A stretch of DNA of 64,000 nt from Coraliomargarita sp. (GTDB lineage: Bacteria > Verrucomicrobiota > Verrucomicrobiia > Opitutales > Coraliomargaritaceae), in the NCBI GenBank assembly GCA_965216325.1, contig OZ244160.1, positions 1,632,001 to 1,696,000 on the forward strand, in the 5' to 3' direction. The position numbers and the translations under genes are program-made. How positions within the stretch are numbered: the first letter of the stretch is position 1; each line of letters begins with the position of its first letter. The notes beneath the pieces are model-generated. The model worked only from the letters and a program-made list of their open reading frames with translations, was not told where the DNA came from and made no database searches. This document shows positions 31,192-42,528 of the stretch, one piece after another.

Positions 31192-32586
31192 ATGAAATCA
31201 AAATATCCCATTTCCCTTCACTGCCTCGCATTACTAAACCTGACAACAAGCCTATGCGCTCAGTGGCCACCTGCTCCCGTGGTCGATACCGGACAAGTGC
31301 TTTGCTTTGACGACCTCGAGCCCATGCGCCCGCCTCAAGCGGGCCGTAAATATTTTGGTCAAGATGCCCAATACCAGGGAGTGCAGGCCAGTTATACCGA
31401 TAACAAGGACGGCACCATCACCGACAATCGCACCGGACTCATGTGGTCACAGGCCTGCGCTGCACAAAAAGTAACTTTGGCTCAGGCAATCGATACCGCC
31501 TCGCAGATGACGCTTGGTGGGCATAGCGACTGGCGCGTGCCAACCATCAAGGAGCTCTACTCGTTGATTGACTTTCGAGGCGTCACTGGCATCGCAGGTC
31601 GATCGATGAATTCAGTGCCCGACACGGCCATACCTTACATCAACACGGACTACTTTGAGTTCCGCTATGGTGATGTTGAAAATGGCGAACGCTTCATCGA
31701 TGGCCAGTGGCTGACCCAAACACTCAATGTCAGCCCAGTCATGCATGGGCAGAACGGCTTATTTGGCGTCAACTTCGCCGATGGCCGCATCAAGTGTTAC
31801 CCCAATGGCGTAGATCGGCGTGGCATTGAGAAAACCTTCTATGTTCGCTATGTTCGCGGCCGCAGCAACTATGGGCACAACGACTATCAGGACAATGGTG
31901 ACGGCACGATTACCGACAAGTCAACCGGACTGATTTGGATGCAGATCGACAGCAAAGAAGGCATGCACTGGGAAGACGCACTGAAATATGCCGAGCGCTC
32001 CAACTACGCGGGCTTCGACGATTGGCGCCTGCCCAATGCGAAGGAACTGCAATCGATCGTGGACTATACACGTTCACCAGACGCCACCAGCTCGCCGGCA
32101 ATCGACCCAATCTTCCAAACAAGCATCATCGAGAACGAGGCAGGCGAAACGGATTATCCCTACTTCTGGACCTCCACCACCCACGTAGACGGACCGAATG
32201 CCTCGCAGGCTGTCTACGTCTGCTTCGGCAGAGCCATCGGCCAAATGCACAACCAAATCATGGATGTGCACGGCGCGGGGGCACAGCGTAGTGACCCTAA
32301 AACTGGAGAAGCACGACTCGGGCATGGGCCACAAGGCGACGCACAACGTATTCAGAACTATGTGCGCCTAGTGCGTGGAGGAGCCATCCCAGGAGAGCCT
32401 AGCACTACCTCAGGCGACTATCCAGATCGTATCCATCTTGCGGATACATCCTATGAACCAGAAGAAATGACTTACTCCAAACATCGCCAGAGTAGTGGCA
32501 TGCAACGGGCCGAGGGAGCCGGGCGCCCACCCCATGGGGGACACCCTCCGCACCGACATCATGACGGCCCACCACCACGCCGGTAG
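31192..32586 (+). CDS. Secreted protein with two DUF1566 (Lcl C-terminal) domains and a His/Pro/Gly tail
   Basis: Signal peptide, DTGQ..GQDAQY, two copies of DNxDGTITD..TGLxW / DWRxP..KEL.S / YVRxVRG. Confidence 0.88.
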   Translation: MKSKYPISLHCLALLNLTTSLCAQWPPAPVVDTGQVLCFDDLEPMRPPQAGRKYFGQDAQYQGVQASYTDNKDGTITDNRTGLMWSQACAAQKVTLAQAIDTASQMTLGGHSDWRVPTIKELYSLIDFRGVTGIAGRSMNSVPDTAIPYINTDYFEFRYGDVENGERFIDGQWLTQTLNVSPVMHGQNGLFGVNFADGRIKCYPNGVDRRGIEKTFYVRYVRGRSNYGHNDYQDNGDGTITDKSTGLIWMQIDSKEGMHWEDALKYAERSNYAGFDDWRLPNAKELQSIVDYTRSPDATSSPAIDPIFQTSIIENEAGETDYPYFWTSTTHVDGPNASQAVYVCFGRAIGQMHNQIMDVHGAGAQRSDPKTGEARLGHGPQGDAQRIQNYVRLVRGGAIPGEPSTTSGDYPDRIHLADTSYEPEEMTYSKHRQSSGMQRAEGAGRPPHGGHPPHRHHDGPPPRR

Positions 32587-32649
32587 TATGCACAGCATCC
32601 AAAGCTTAGCTATTGCCTAGCCCATAGAATCCATCGAAGCTCTAAATAT

Positions 32650-33306
32650 ATGCGAGTCTTAGTAATCGAAGACGAACTCAGTCTACGGGAAACCGTGGTC
32701 GAAACCCTGCGTGAAGAGGGCTTCGCCGTCGATGAAAGTGGTGACGGCGAAGAAGGGCTCTACAAAGCGATGGAGTATGATTACGACGCAGTGTTGCTGG
32801 ACATCATGCTCCCCAAAATGGATGGCTGGAATGTCCTCCAAGCACTTCGCGCACGGAAGCAGACTCCGGTATTAATGCTGACTGCACGCGATGCCGTCGA
32901 AGACCGGATTAAAGGCCTCGATAGCGGGGCAGATGATTATCTCCCGAAGCCATTTGACCTTTCGGAGATGATTGCGCGCACTCGCGCGATCGCACGGCGC
33001 GGCAGAGGCCAACGCAACCCGGAACTCAAGGTTCGCGACGTCAGCGTCAATACATCGACTCAAACCGTGAGCTACAAGGGCCAGTCTGTTGAGCTGACAG
33101 CACGAGAGTATGCGTTCACCGAACTCTTCGTTCGCAAAGTCGATGAGGTCGTTAGCCGTGATTACATCTACGAACATCTCTTCGACGAGAATGAAGACAG
33201 TCTGTCGAACATGCTCGACGTTTACATCTACAAGCTTCGCCAGAAATTCGGTAAGGACTTCATCAAAACCCGCCGAGGCGCCGGCTACATTCTCGAAAGC
33301 AAATAG
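32650..33306 (+). CDS. OmpR-family response regulator
   Basis: VLVIEDE, LLDIMLP, LTAR, GADDYLPKPF, winged helix with TRRGAGY. Confidence 0.95.
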   Translation: MRVLVIEDELSLRETVVETLREEGFAVDESGDGEEGLYKAMEYDYDAVLLDIMLPKMDGWNVLQALRARKQTPVLMLTARDAVEDRIKGLDSGADDYLPKPFDLSEMIARTRAIARRGRGQRNPELKVRDVSVNTSTQTVSYKGQSVELTAREYAFTELFVRKVDEVVSRDYIYEHLFDENEDSLSNMLDVYIYKLRQKFGKDFIKTRRGAGYILESK

Positions 33307-33312
33307 TCACTC

Positions 33313-34857
33313 ATGCTGGTCAACTCCATACGCGGCCGGATTCAAGTCTGGCATACAACACTCCTGACGATTCTCATGGTCGGCTTGTTGACCGCATTTT
33401 ATTTTCACGAGAAAGAAATCCTCAACCGTGAGTTCGACAACCGTCTGATGGCACCGATCACCTCGCTGGTGCCTCACTTCGCCCCCACACCGGTCGAGCC
33501 TCCACAAAGAAGCCAAGGGCCACAGGGGCCCGACCATGGACCACCGTCCTTGCAAGATCGTGAGAGCCGCCCATCCGGACCACCGCCACGCGGTCCCTCC
33601 GGAGGCGGGCCATCTTATCGACGGCAAGGACCTCCACCGCCACCCAACGGCGGACACCGTGCGGGGCCAGGCATGGAAAGTGAAGCAGAGCGCTTAAGCC
33701 GCCAACAAGAAGCCGCAGCACCCGTGATTGAGCAAGGCCTCTACATTGTCTCACTCCGAGCCGACGGAACCACTTCCTTCAAAAGCGCGAACGCTCCAGA
33801 CCTAGTCCCCCACCCACAAGACAACGGCGACCCGATCACACGTCAGGCCTTTGCCCGCACCGTAGGCCCCAACCGTGAGTGCGTGCACATGGCACCTGCA
33901 GGCGGATGCGTCATCCTTGGCGCAAACGCGCAGCCGATTGCAGCATCACTCGCGCAGCTGCGCTACACGCTACTCGGGACCGGAATCGGCATCGTACTAT
34001 TCGGCTACCTGATTGGCTGGGTGCTCGTCGGACGCTCGCTAAAACCGATTCAGTCCATTTCACAAACCGCAGCACAGATCTCAGCGGGTGATCTCTCCAA
34101 GCGCATCGACCTCAACGACACCGAGTCCGAACTCGGGCAAATGGGTGAAGTCCTTAACGACACCTTTAGTAAGTTGGATAGCGCCTTTGAGCAACAAGTG
34201 CGCTTTACCGCCGATGCTTCACACGAACTACGCACACCAATCTCAGTCATTCTTGCGAAATGCCAGTTCGCACTGCGACGCGACCGCGAACCAGAAAAAT
34301 ACCGTGAAGCCCTCAAAACCTGCGAAGCCTCCGCACAGCACATTCGCGGCCTAGTCGAATCCTTGCTCGAACTGGCACGCATCGATTCAGGAGAGTTTAG
34401 AATCAACAAGTCCAAGGGCGACCTCGCTGAAACCGCGGGACATACCGTCGAGATGTTGAACACGCTCGCGGAAGCCAAACAGATACGGCTGACCCTCACT
34501 CATGACTCGACACCGGCGACCTTTGACCAAAACCGTATCCATCAGGTCGCGACCAACCTGATTGGCAACGCAATCAAGTATACCCAAGAGGGCGGCACGA
34601 TTGATGTGCAGGTGCATGGACAAGGCAGCTTTGCGGTGATGGAGGTGCGCGACACTGGACCGGGCATTGAACCAAAGCACATGCCTTACCTCTTCGACCG
34701 CTTCTATCGATCCAGCAATGAGCGCTCGGATGACCGCCGTAGCACTGGCCTCGGCCTCGCGATTGCCAAGGCCATCGTCGACGCCCACCGCGGAGAAATC
34801 ACGGTCGATAGCCAACTCGGCGCCGGAAGCTGCTTCACGGTGCGGCTACCTGTCTAG
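33313..34857 (+). CDS. Sensor histidine kinase (2 TM, Pro/Gly-rich periplasmic loop, HAMP, HisKA, HATPase)
   Basis: ADASHELRTP, NLIGNAIKY, DTGPGI, FDRFYR, GLGLAI. Confidence 0.95.
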   Translation: MLVNSIRGRIQVWHTTLLTILMVGLLTAFYFHEKEILNREFDNRLMAPITSLVPHFAPTPVEPPQRSQGPQGPDHGPPSLQDRESRPSGPPPRGPSGGGPSYRRQGPPPPPNGGHRAGPGMESEAERLSRQQEAAAPVIEQGLYIVSLRADGTTSFKSANAPDLVPHPQDNGDPITRQAFARTVGPNRECVHMAPAGGCVILGANAQPIAASLAQLRYTLLGTGIGIVLFGYLIGWVLVGRSLKPIQSISQTAAQISAGDLSKRIDLNDTESELGQMGEVLNDTFSKLDSAFEQQVRFTADASHELRTPISVILAKCQFALRRDREPEKYREALKTCEASAQHIRGLVESLLELARIDSGEFRINKSKGDLAETAGHTVEMLNTLAEAKQIRLTLTHDSTPATFDQNRIHQVATNLIGNAIKYTQEGGTIDVQVHGQGSFAVMEVRDTGPGIEPKHMPYLFDRFYRSSNERSDDRRSTGLGLAIAKAIVDAHRGEITVDSQLGAGSCFTVRLPV

Positions 34858-34904
34858 CCTGACTGGATAGCCATTTATATTGCGAGGAAATCCATTAGAC
34901 CATC

Positions 34905-34974
34905 GTAGGGCTCGTGCTTGCACGATGCCACCGAGCCACAAGACCTCGAGGCACTTTGCAAGCAAAGGCCCTAC
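34905..34974. repeat. GTAG REP doublet
   Basis: GTAGGGCTCGTGCTTGCACGATGCC with inverted GTAGGGCCTTTGCTTGCAAAGTGCC. Confidence 0.85.
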
Positions 34975-34990
34975 CATCCTACCCTAATCC

Positions 34991-35347
34991 CTACACACCA
35001 TAGCTCTTGAGGATGTCCAAATCGACAAACTCCAAGACCGAGGCATGTGTTGCTTCTAGACGGACGGGCGGAGCAACGCCTGCATGATGCGCCTCAATCC
35101 AACGTTGCAAGCAAAGGCACCAGAAATCTCCGGGCTTCAAGCCAGGGAACTGATACTGTGGCACTGGCGTAATCAGATCATTCCCTTGCTCCACACTGAA
35201 CTGGAGAAACTCCTCCGTCATCTGCGCACAAACGGTATGCATACCAACATCATCGGCACAGGTATCACAGATGCCTGTGCGGAAGAAACCTGTTACCGGA
35301 TCGGAGCTACAGGTGATCAAAGCAGTGCCTAATACATTAGATGCCAT
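34991..35347 (-). CDS. DUF2237 family protein
   Basis: NVLG..L..CS.DP.TGFFR.G.C, HTVCA, GNDL.TP, PGD.WCLC, LEATH. Confidence 0.88.
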   Translation of the reverse strand: MASNVLGTALITCSSDPVTGFFRTGICDTCADDVGMHTVCAQMTEEFLQFSVEQGNDLITPVPQYQFPGLKPGDFWCLCLQRWIEAHHAGVAPPVRLEATHASVLEFVDLDILKSYGV

Positions 35348-35405
35348 AAGACTATAGGAGTGATCAGCTGTGAGGAGTCAACCGACTCGAGCAAGTTCAC
35401 ACCCC

Positions 35406-35492
35406 GTAGCGTGCGCACTTGTGCGTCACCACAGAGCACAAGTCGCCAGCATAGCCCCTCCTGCGCAGTGCGTCCACAAGTGGAGCACCTAC
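35406..35492. repeat. GTAG REP doublet
   Basis: GTAGCGTGCGCACTTGTGCGTCAC with inverted GTAGGTGCTCCACTTGTGGACGCAC. Confidence 0.8.
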
Positions 35493-35505
35493 AGCAAACA
35501 AACCA

Positions 35506-36531
35506 CTACTGGATCCGGCCTAACTGGGCACGCACGAGCTCGGCGATCTTCTGCATCGCAGTCACCGGAGCCAACTCTTCGAACGGTGCAAGCGCAGCGG
35601 TCGCCTGAGTCAACTGACCTTCAAAAGTAGCCACCACCTCGTCAAAGATCGGGAAGTCATGCAAACGCTTGGTGAAGTCAGCGGCCACCGTCTTGTCCCC
35701 CTCTTTGAAGCGGGCCAACAAGGCATCACGCTCGTCTTGCGGCAACTTTTCCAAGAGCAACAACAAGGGCAGCGTAAATTTGCCTTTGTCCAAATCGGTG
35801 CCGAGCGTCTTACCGATCATCGACTCGTCGGCATACAAGTCGACCAAGTCATCGAAGATCTGATAGGCAATGCCCACATGACGGCCAAACAGGCCGGCAG
35901 CCTCACTGAACGCGTCCGAGTAACCACCAATCTTTGCTCCCAAGCGACAAGACACTTCAAAGAGCTCGGCAGTCTTCAACTGGATCACACGGAAGTAAAA
36001 CTCGCGACTGTAGTTCACCTCGCCGCGCTGGTAGGTCTGTGCGATCTCGCCCGCACAGACACGAGCCGTTGCCTGCGCAACCGTGCGGCAAACCTCGTTG
36101 GTCTCAAATTCCGCAGCCAGCTTCAAGGCATGCGAAAACAGCACATCGCCAATCAACACTGCGGCAGCCGGGCCAAATTTCTTCGCGGCGGTTTCCTGGC
36201 GGTGGCGAGTGTCCGCCTCATCGAGAATGTCATCATGCACCAGCGTCGCCAAGTGAACGAGCTCGATCACCGAACCAAGCTTGATCAGATCCTCACCGCG
36301 ATTTTCGGCAGGACCTTCCCAACCACTGTAGGCCACCAACATCGGCCGCAAGCGCTTGCCACTGTGCCCAAATACATAGCGCACATGATCTTGCACCTCC
36401 GGCTCCAGCTCCTCCACCTGTGACTGCAGGAAGATATCGAGATCGTCCAGATACGGCTTTACCGGCTCATATACCTCGGTAAAGCCAGCGGCGGCTACCT
36501 TGTCAGCTTCAGACTGTGATCGGGTGGTCAT
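35506..36531 (-). CDS. Polyprenyl diphosphate synthase
   Basis: GKRLRP, LVHDDILD..RH, KTAELF, AYQIFDDLVD, GKFTLP. Confidence 0.92.
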   Translation of the reverse strand: MTTRSQSEADKVAAAGFTEVYEPVKPYLDDLDIFLQSQVEELEPEVQDHVRYVFGHSGKRLRPMLVAYSGWEGPAENRGEDLIKLGSVIELVHLATLVHDDILDEADTRHRQETAAKKFGPAAAVLIGDVLFSHALKLAAEFETNEVCRTVAQATARVCAGEIAQTYQRGEVNYSREFYFRVIQLKTAELFEVSCRLGAKIGGYSDAFSEAAGLFGRHVGIAYQIFDDLVDLYADESMIGKTLGTDLDKGKFTLPLLLLLEKLPQDERDALLARFKEGDKTVAADFTKRLHDFPIFDEVVATFEGQLTQATAALAPFEELAPVTAMQKIAELVRAQLGRIQ

Positions 36532-36617
36532 GGGACAGATATGAAAGTCGGAAGGTTCAAAGGTGCAAAGGTATTTGCGAACTTTCCCACCTTTACACGT
36601 TCATACATGTCAACTGA

Positions 36618-37394
36618 TCACAACCACTCTTCGACGGCGGCGAGGAACCCCTTACGGTCTTCGACATGCACATTGTGGCCCGCATTCGACACACTCACTT
36701 CACGAATGTGCGGGAACCAGTGCATCATTTCCAAGGAGTCCCGATCATCTATAAAGTTGGATTTGCCCCCGCGCACCAGCAGGGTCGGGCCATTGTAGCG
36801 GTCCGTTTCCAGTAGCGAATTCTGGCGAATATGCGGCAGACTCGCATACAGGGCTTCCAGATTAATCTGCCATTTGAAAGTGCCGGTCGCGTCATCGCGC
36901 ACCAGATTGGTGAGTAGAAACTGACGCATCGCCCAATTCTCCACCATCGGCTCCAGTGCAGCCTCCGCCTCCTTGCGGTTGCCCAGTTCGCCAACCGCAA
37001 TCGACTTCATCGCACGAAACTCTGCGTCGTGATACGGTGGATACGGCTTCGCGGCAATATCCACAATGATTAGCTTGGTGACGACCTCGGGATACTCACT
37101 GGCAAAGCGCATGGCCACCTTACCACCGAGACTGTGGCCCATCAGGATGCATTCACTGATCGTGTTTGCTTTGAGGTAAGCGCTCAGATCCGACAGCATC
37201 TCTGCCCAGCGCATCGATTCCGCGTGCGGCGAGCTACCATGATTGCGCAGATCCACCGCATGCACCTCATAACGATCCTGCAAAGCCTTGCCGATCGTCG
37301 TCCAATTGCGCGACGAGCCCAACAAACCGTGCAGGATCACCATCACGGGTGCACCCGGATTCTCGAAACGAAGCGAATGTAACTGAACTGCCAT
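36618..37394 (-). CDS. Alpha/beta hydrolase (YbfF-like esterase)
   Basis: LHGLLGS..NW, DLRNHG.S, GHSLGGK, AGHNVH. Confidence 0.9.
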   Translation of the reverse strand: MAVQLHSLRFENPGAPVMVILHGLLGSSRNWTTIGKALQDRYEVHAVDLRNHGSSPHAESMRWAEMLSDLSAYLKANTISECILMGHSLGGKVAMRFASEYPEVVTKLIIVDIAAKPYPPYHDAEFRAMKSIAVGELGNRKEAEAALEPMVENWAMRQFLLTNLVRDDATGTFKWQINLEALYASLPHIRQNSLLETDRYNGPTLLVRGGKSNFIDDRDSLEMMHWFPHIREVSVSNAGHNVHVEDRKGFLAAVEEWL

Positions 37395-37456
37395 GCCTCT
37401 TCAATGAGCCAGCACACTCCGGAGATCAAGCGCGCTTGTGTATCCAGCAGAGCCTT

Positions 37457-37483
37457 GTAGGGGCGTGCCTAAGCGCGCCCGCC
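37457..37483 (+). repeat. Single GTAG REP
   Basis: GTAGGGGCGTGCCTAAGCGCGCCCGCC. Confidence 0.65.
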
Positions 37484-37558
37484 CCGTCTGATAGCGGTTT
37501 CATCGTGTATACTCCTGCCCAAAGTAAGGTCACCGCCCTCACCGCGTTTGATCTTCAT

Positions 37559-39094
37559 ATGGTCTTACGCTTCATACTGGGCGATCAGCTCAGCCATGGG
37601 ATTTCCAGCTTATCGGATGGTAACCCAAAGACGGATGTCGTCCTCCTATGCGAGGTGCGCCAGGAAGCCACGCGTGTTCGCCATCACAAAAAGAAGATCG
37701 CCTTCATTTTTTCAGCTATGCGCCACTTTGCTGCAGAGCTCGAAGCCACGGGCTACCGCGTTGACTACATTCGCTACGACGAGCCGGACAACGCCGGCAG
37801 CTTTACCAGCGAACTCGAGCACGCCCTGAAGCGCCACCAACCCGAAAAAGTCGTCGTCACCGAACCCAGCGAATACACAGCGCTCGAAGAAGTGAACAGC
37901 TGGAAATCCAAGCTAGAGACACCAATCGAAGTGCGCACAGACGACCGCTTTCTCTGCACCCAAGCACGCTTTGCCAAATGGGCTGAGGGCCGCAAACAGC
38001 TGCGCATGGAGTACTTCTATCGCGAGATGCGCCGCGCGCACAACATCCTTATGGACGCGGACGAACCCGCTGGTGGCCAATGGAACTACGACGCCGAGAA
38101 CCGCAAGCCTCCTAAAGAAGGACTGGAGATACCTCCCACCTATCAGAGCAAGCCCGACGCGATCACACAGGAGGTGCTCACATTAGTCGCTGAGGAGTTC
38201 GATGATCATTTCGGCGACCTAGAGCCCTTTCACTTCGCAGTCACCGCCAAGCAAGCACGCCACGCCCTCAAGCAATTCATTTCCGAGCGTCTCTGCTCCT
38301 TTGGTGACTATCAAGACGCAATGATTCAGGGCGAGCCCTGGATGTATCACGCGCACCTAAGCTTCTACCTCAACTGCGGTTTGCTCACTCCAATCGAGTG
38401 TATCGAAGCCGCCGAGACCGCTTATCGCAAAGGACAGGCTCCGCTCAATGCCGTCGAAGGCTTCATCCGCCAGATCCTCGGTTGGCGCGAATATGTGCGC
38501 GGTCTCTACTGGCTCAAAATGCCGGACTACGCCGCGGAGAACTTCCTCGAAGCCGAGCGCAGCCTCCCCGAATTTCTCTGGAACGGAAAAACACAAATGA
38601 ACTGCCTGCGTCAATGCGTGCTGGAGACCAAAGAAAATGCCTACGCCCATCATATCCAACGCCTCATGGTGATCGGCAACTTTGCCCTACTTGCGGGACT
38701 CTCGCCCGACGGAGTCAACGAGTGGTTCTGGATCGTCTATGCCGACGCCTACCAATGGGTCGAGCTACCCAATGTTAGCGGCATGATCCTGTACGCCGAT
38801 GGTGGCTTGCTCGCATCAAAACCTTACGCCGCCAGCGGCGCCTACATCAAGCGCATGTCCAACTACTGTGATGGTTGCAGCTACAAAGTCGCAAAGAAAA
38901 ACGGCGCCTCAGCCTGTCCCTTCAATTACCTCTACTGGAACTTTCTCCTCACCCAACAAGATCGCCTAAGCAAGAACCCACGCATGGGCATGCCCTATCG
39001 GACGCTCTCGCGAATGCAGCCCGAAAAGATCCAAACCATTCGTGAGGACAGCACACGCTTCCTCACAGCCATGTCCGCAGGCGAACTTGTCTAA
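37559..39094 (+). CDS. FeS-containing bacterial cryptochrome/(6-4) photolyase (FeS-BCP class)
   Basis: ILGDQL, HHKKKI..FSAMRHF, RMEYFYR, RQILGWREY, HHIQRLM, and four Cys in MNCL, YCDGC and ACPF. Confidence 0.9.
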   Translation: MVLRFILGDQLSHGISSLSDGNPKTDVVLLCEVRQEATRVRHHKKKIAFIFSAMRHFAAELEATGYRVDYIRYDEPDNAGSFTSELEHALKRHQPEKVVVTEPSEYTALEEVNSWKSKLETPIEVRTDDRFLCTQARFAKWAEGRKQLRMEYFYREMRRAHNILMDADEPAGGQWNYDAENRKPPKEGLEIPPTYQSKPDAITQEVLTLVAEEFDDHFGDLEPFHFAVTAKQARHALKQFISERLCSFGDYQDAMIQGEPWMYHAHLSFYLNCGLLTPIECIEAAETAYRKGQAPLNAVEGFIRQILGWREYVRGLYWLKMPDYAAENFLEAERSLPEFLWNGKTQMNCLRQCVLETKENAYAHHIQRLMVIGNFALLAGLSPDGVNEWFWIVYADAYQWVELPNVSGMILYADGGLLASKPYAASGAYIKRMSNYCDGCSYKVAKKNGASACPFNYLYWNFLLTQQDRLSKNPRMGMPYRTLSRMQPEKIQTIREDSTRFLTAMSAGELV

Positions 39095-39106
39095 GCACAA
39101 GAACAA

Positions 39107-39826
39107 ATGACAATGACCCAGCGAACCGCACGCATGTATCAAAGCTGGCGCGATCTGCTATTCCTCCACTGGCCCGTCGACCCAGCAATCATCCAAGCAA
39201 CCTTGCCATCCGGCTTGAGCACAGCCTGCCATGAGGGAGTCGCTTACCTTGGAGTCGTGCCGTTCACGATGCATGGGCTCCGGCCACGCTACCTCCCGCC
39301 CTGCCCAGGCATCTCTTACTTTCCCGAGCTCAATTTGCGCACCTACGTGCGCGACGAATCCGGTCGACCCGGCGTCTGGTTCTATTCGCTGGATGCACAG
39401 TCCCATATTTCCGTAGCGATTGCTCGCCGATTCTTCCACCTGCCCTACGCCTACGCGAACATGAGCAGCTCCCGCAAAGCAGACGGCAGCATCCACTTCC
39501 GCGCAGCGCGTCCCGGGCAGCCCACGCAGGCCCTCACCTACCGCCCCACCAGGCAACTCGGGCCTGCAGCAACTGGCTCCCTTGAGCATTTTCTGGTCGA
39601 GCGTTATCGCCTCTTCGCCTACGACGCACACAAAAAGCAGCTCCACATGGGCGAGCTCAGCCACAGCCCCTACGTCTTGCACGAAGCCGAAGTCAGCGAG
39701 TACAGCACCGATCTCTTCGAGTTAAATGGCTTCGAACGACCCAACACCGAGCCTTGCCATGCGGTCTACAGCGCAGGTGTGACCGTCGAAGTCTACGACA
39801 TGCAGCGCATCCCCTTCGAGGGCTGA
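39107..39826 (+). CDS. DUF2071/YqjF family protein
   Basis: QSWRDLLFLHW, FPELNLRTYV, GVWFYSLDA, FLVERY. Confidence 0.88.
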   Translation: MTMTQRTARMYQSWRDLLFLHWPVDPAIIQATLPSGLSTACHEGVAYLGVVPFTMHGLRPRYLPPCPGISYFPELNLRTYVRDESGRPGVWFYSLDAQSHISVAIARRFFHLPYAYANMSSSRKADGSIHFRAARPGQPTQALTYRPTRQLGPAATGSLEHFLVERYRLFAYDAHKKQLHMGELSHSPYVLHEAEVSEYSTDLFELNGFERPNTEPCHAVYSAGVTVEVYDMQRIPFEG

Positions 39827-39896
39827 ATCGATTCCCTGTAAATTTACTTTTACATGGGTCCAATCACGTCCATTCATGGTCGTGACTGACTAACTT

Positions 39897-42464
<2,568 letters not shown>

Positions 42465-42470
42465 TCCACA

Positions 42471-42518
42471 TGTTTGCCTTGTTATTTCGGAATGTATTCC
42501 GAAATAACAAGGCAAACA
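42471..42518. repeat. 48-bp palindrome with perfect 23-bp arms
   Basis: TGTTTGCCTTGTTATTTCGGAAT-GT-ATTCCGAAATAACAAGGCAAACA. Confidence 0.95.
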
Positions 42519-42528
42519 CTTTAAGATC

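Noticed and set aside
31192..32586. DUF1566 protein as a diversity-generating retroelement target
   Set aside because: I saw no template repeat differing at adenines and no DGR-type RT or avd gene in the window. The only RT relic is a group II IEP. A remote template repeat cannot be excluded without a genome-wide search.
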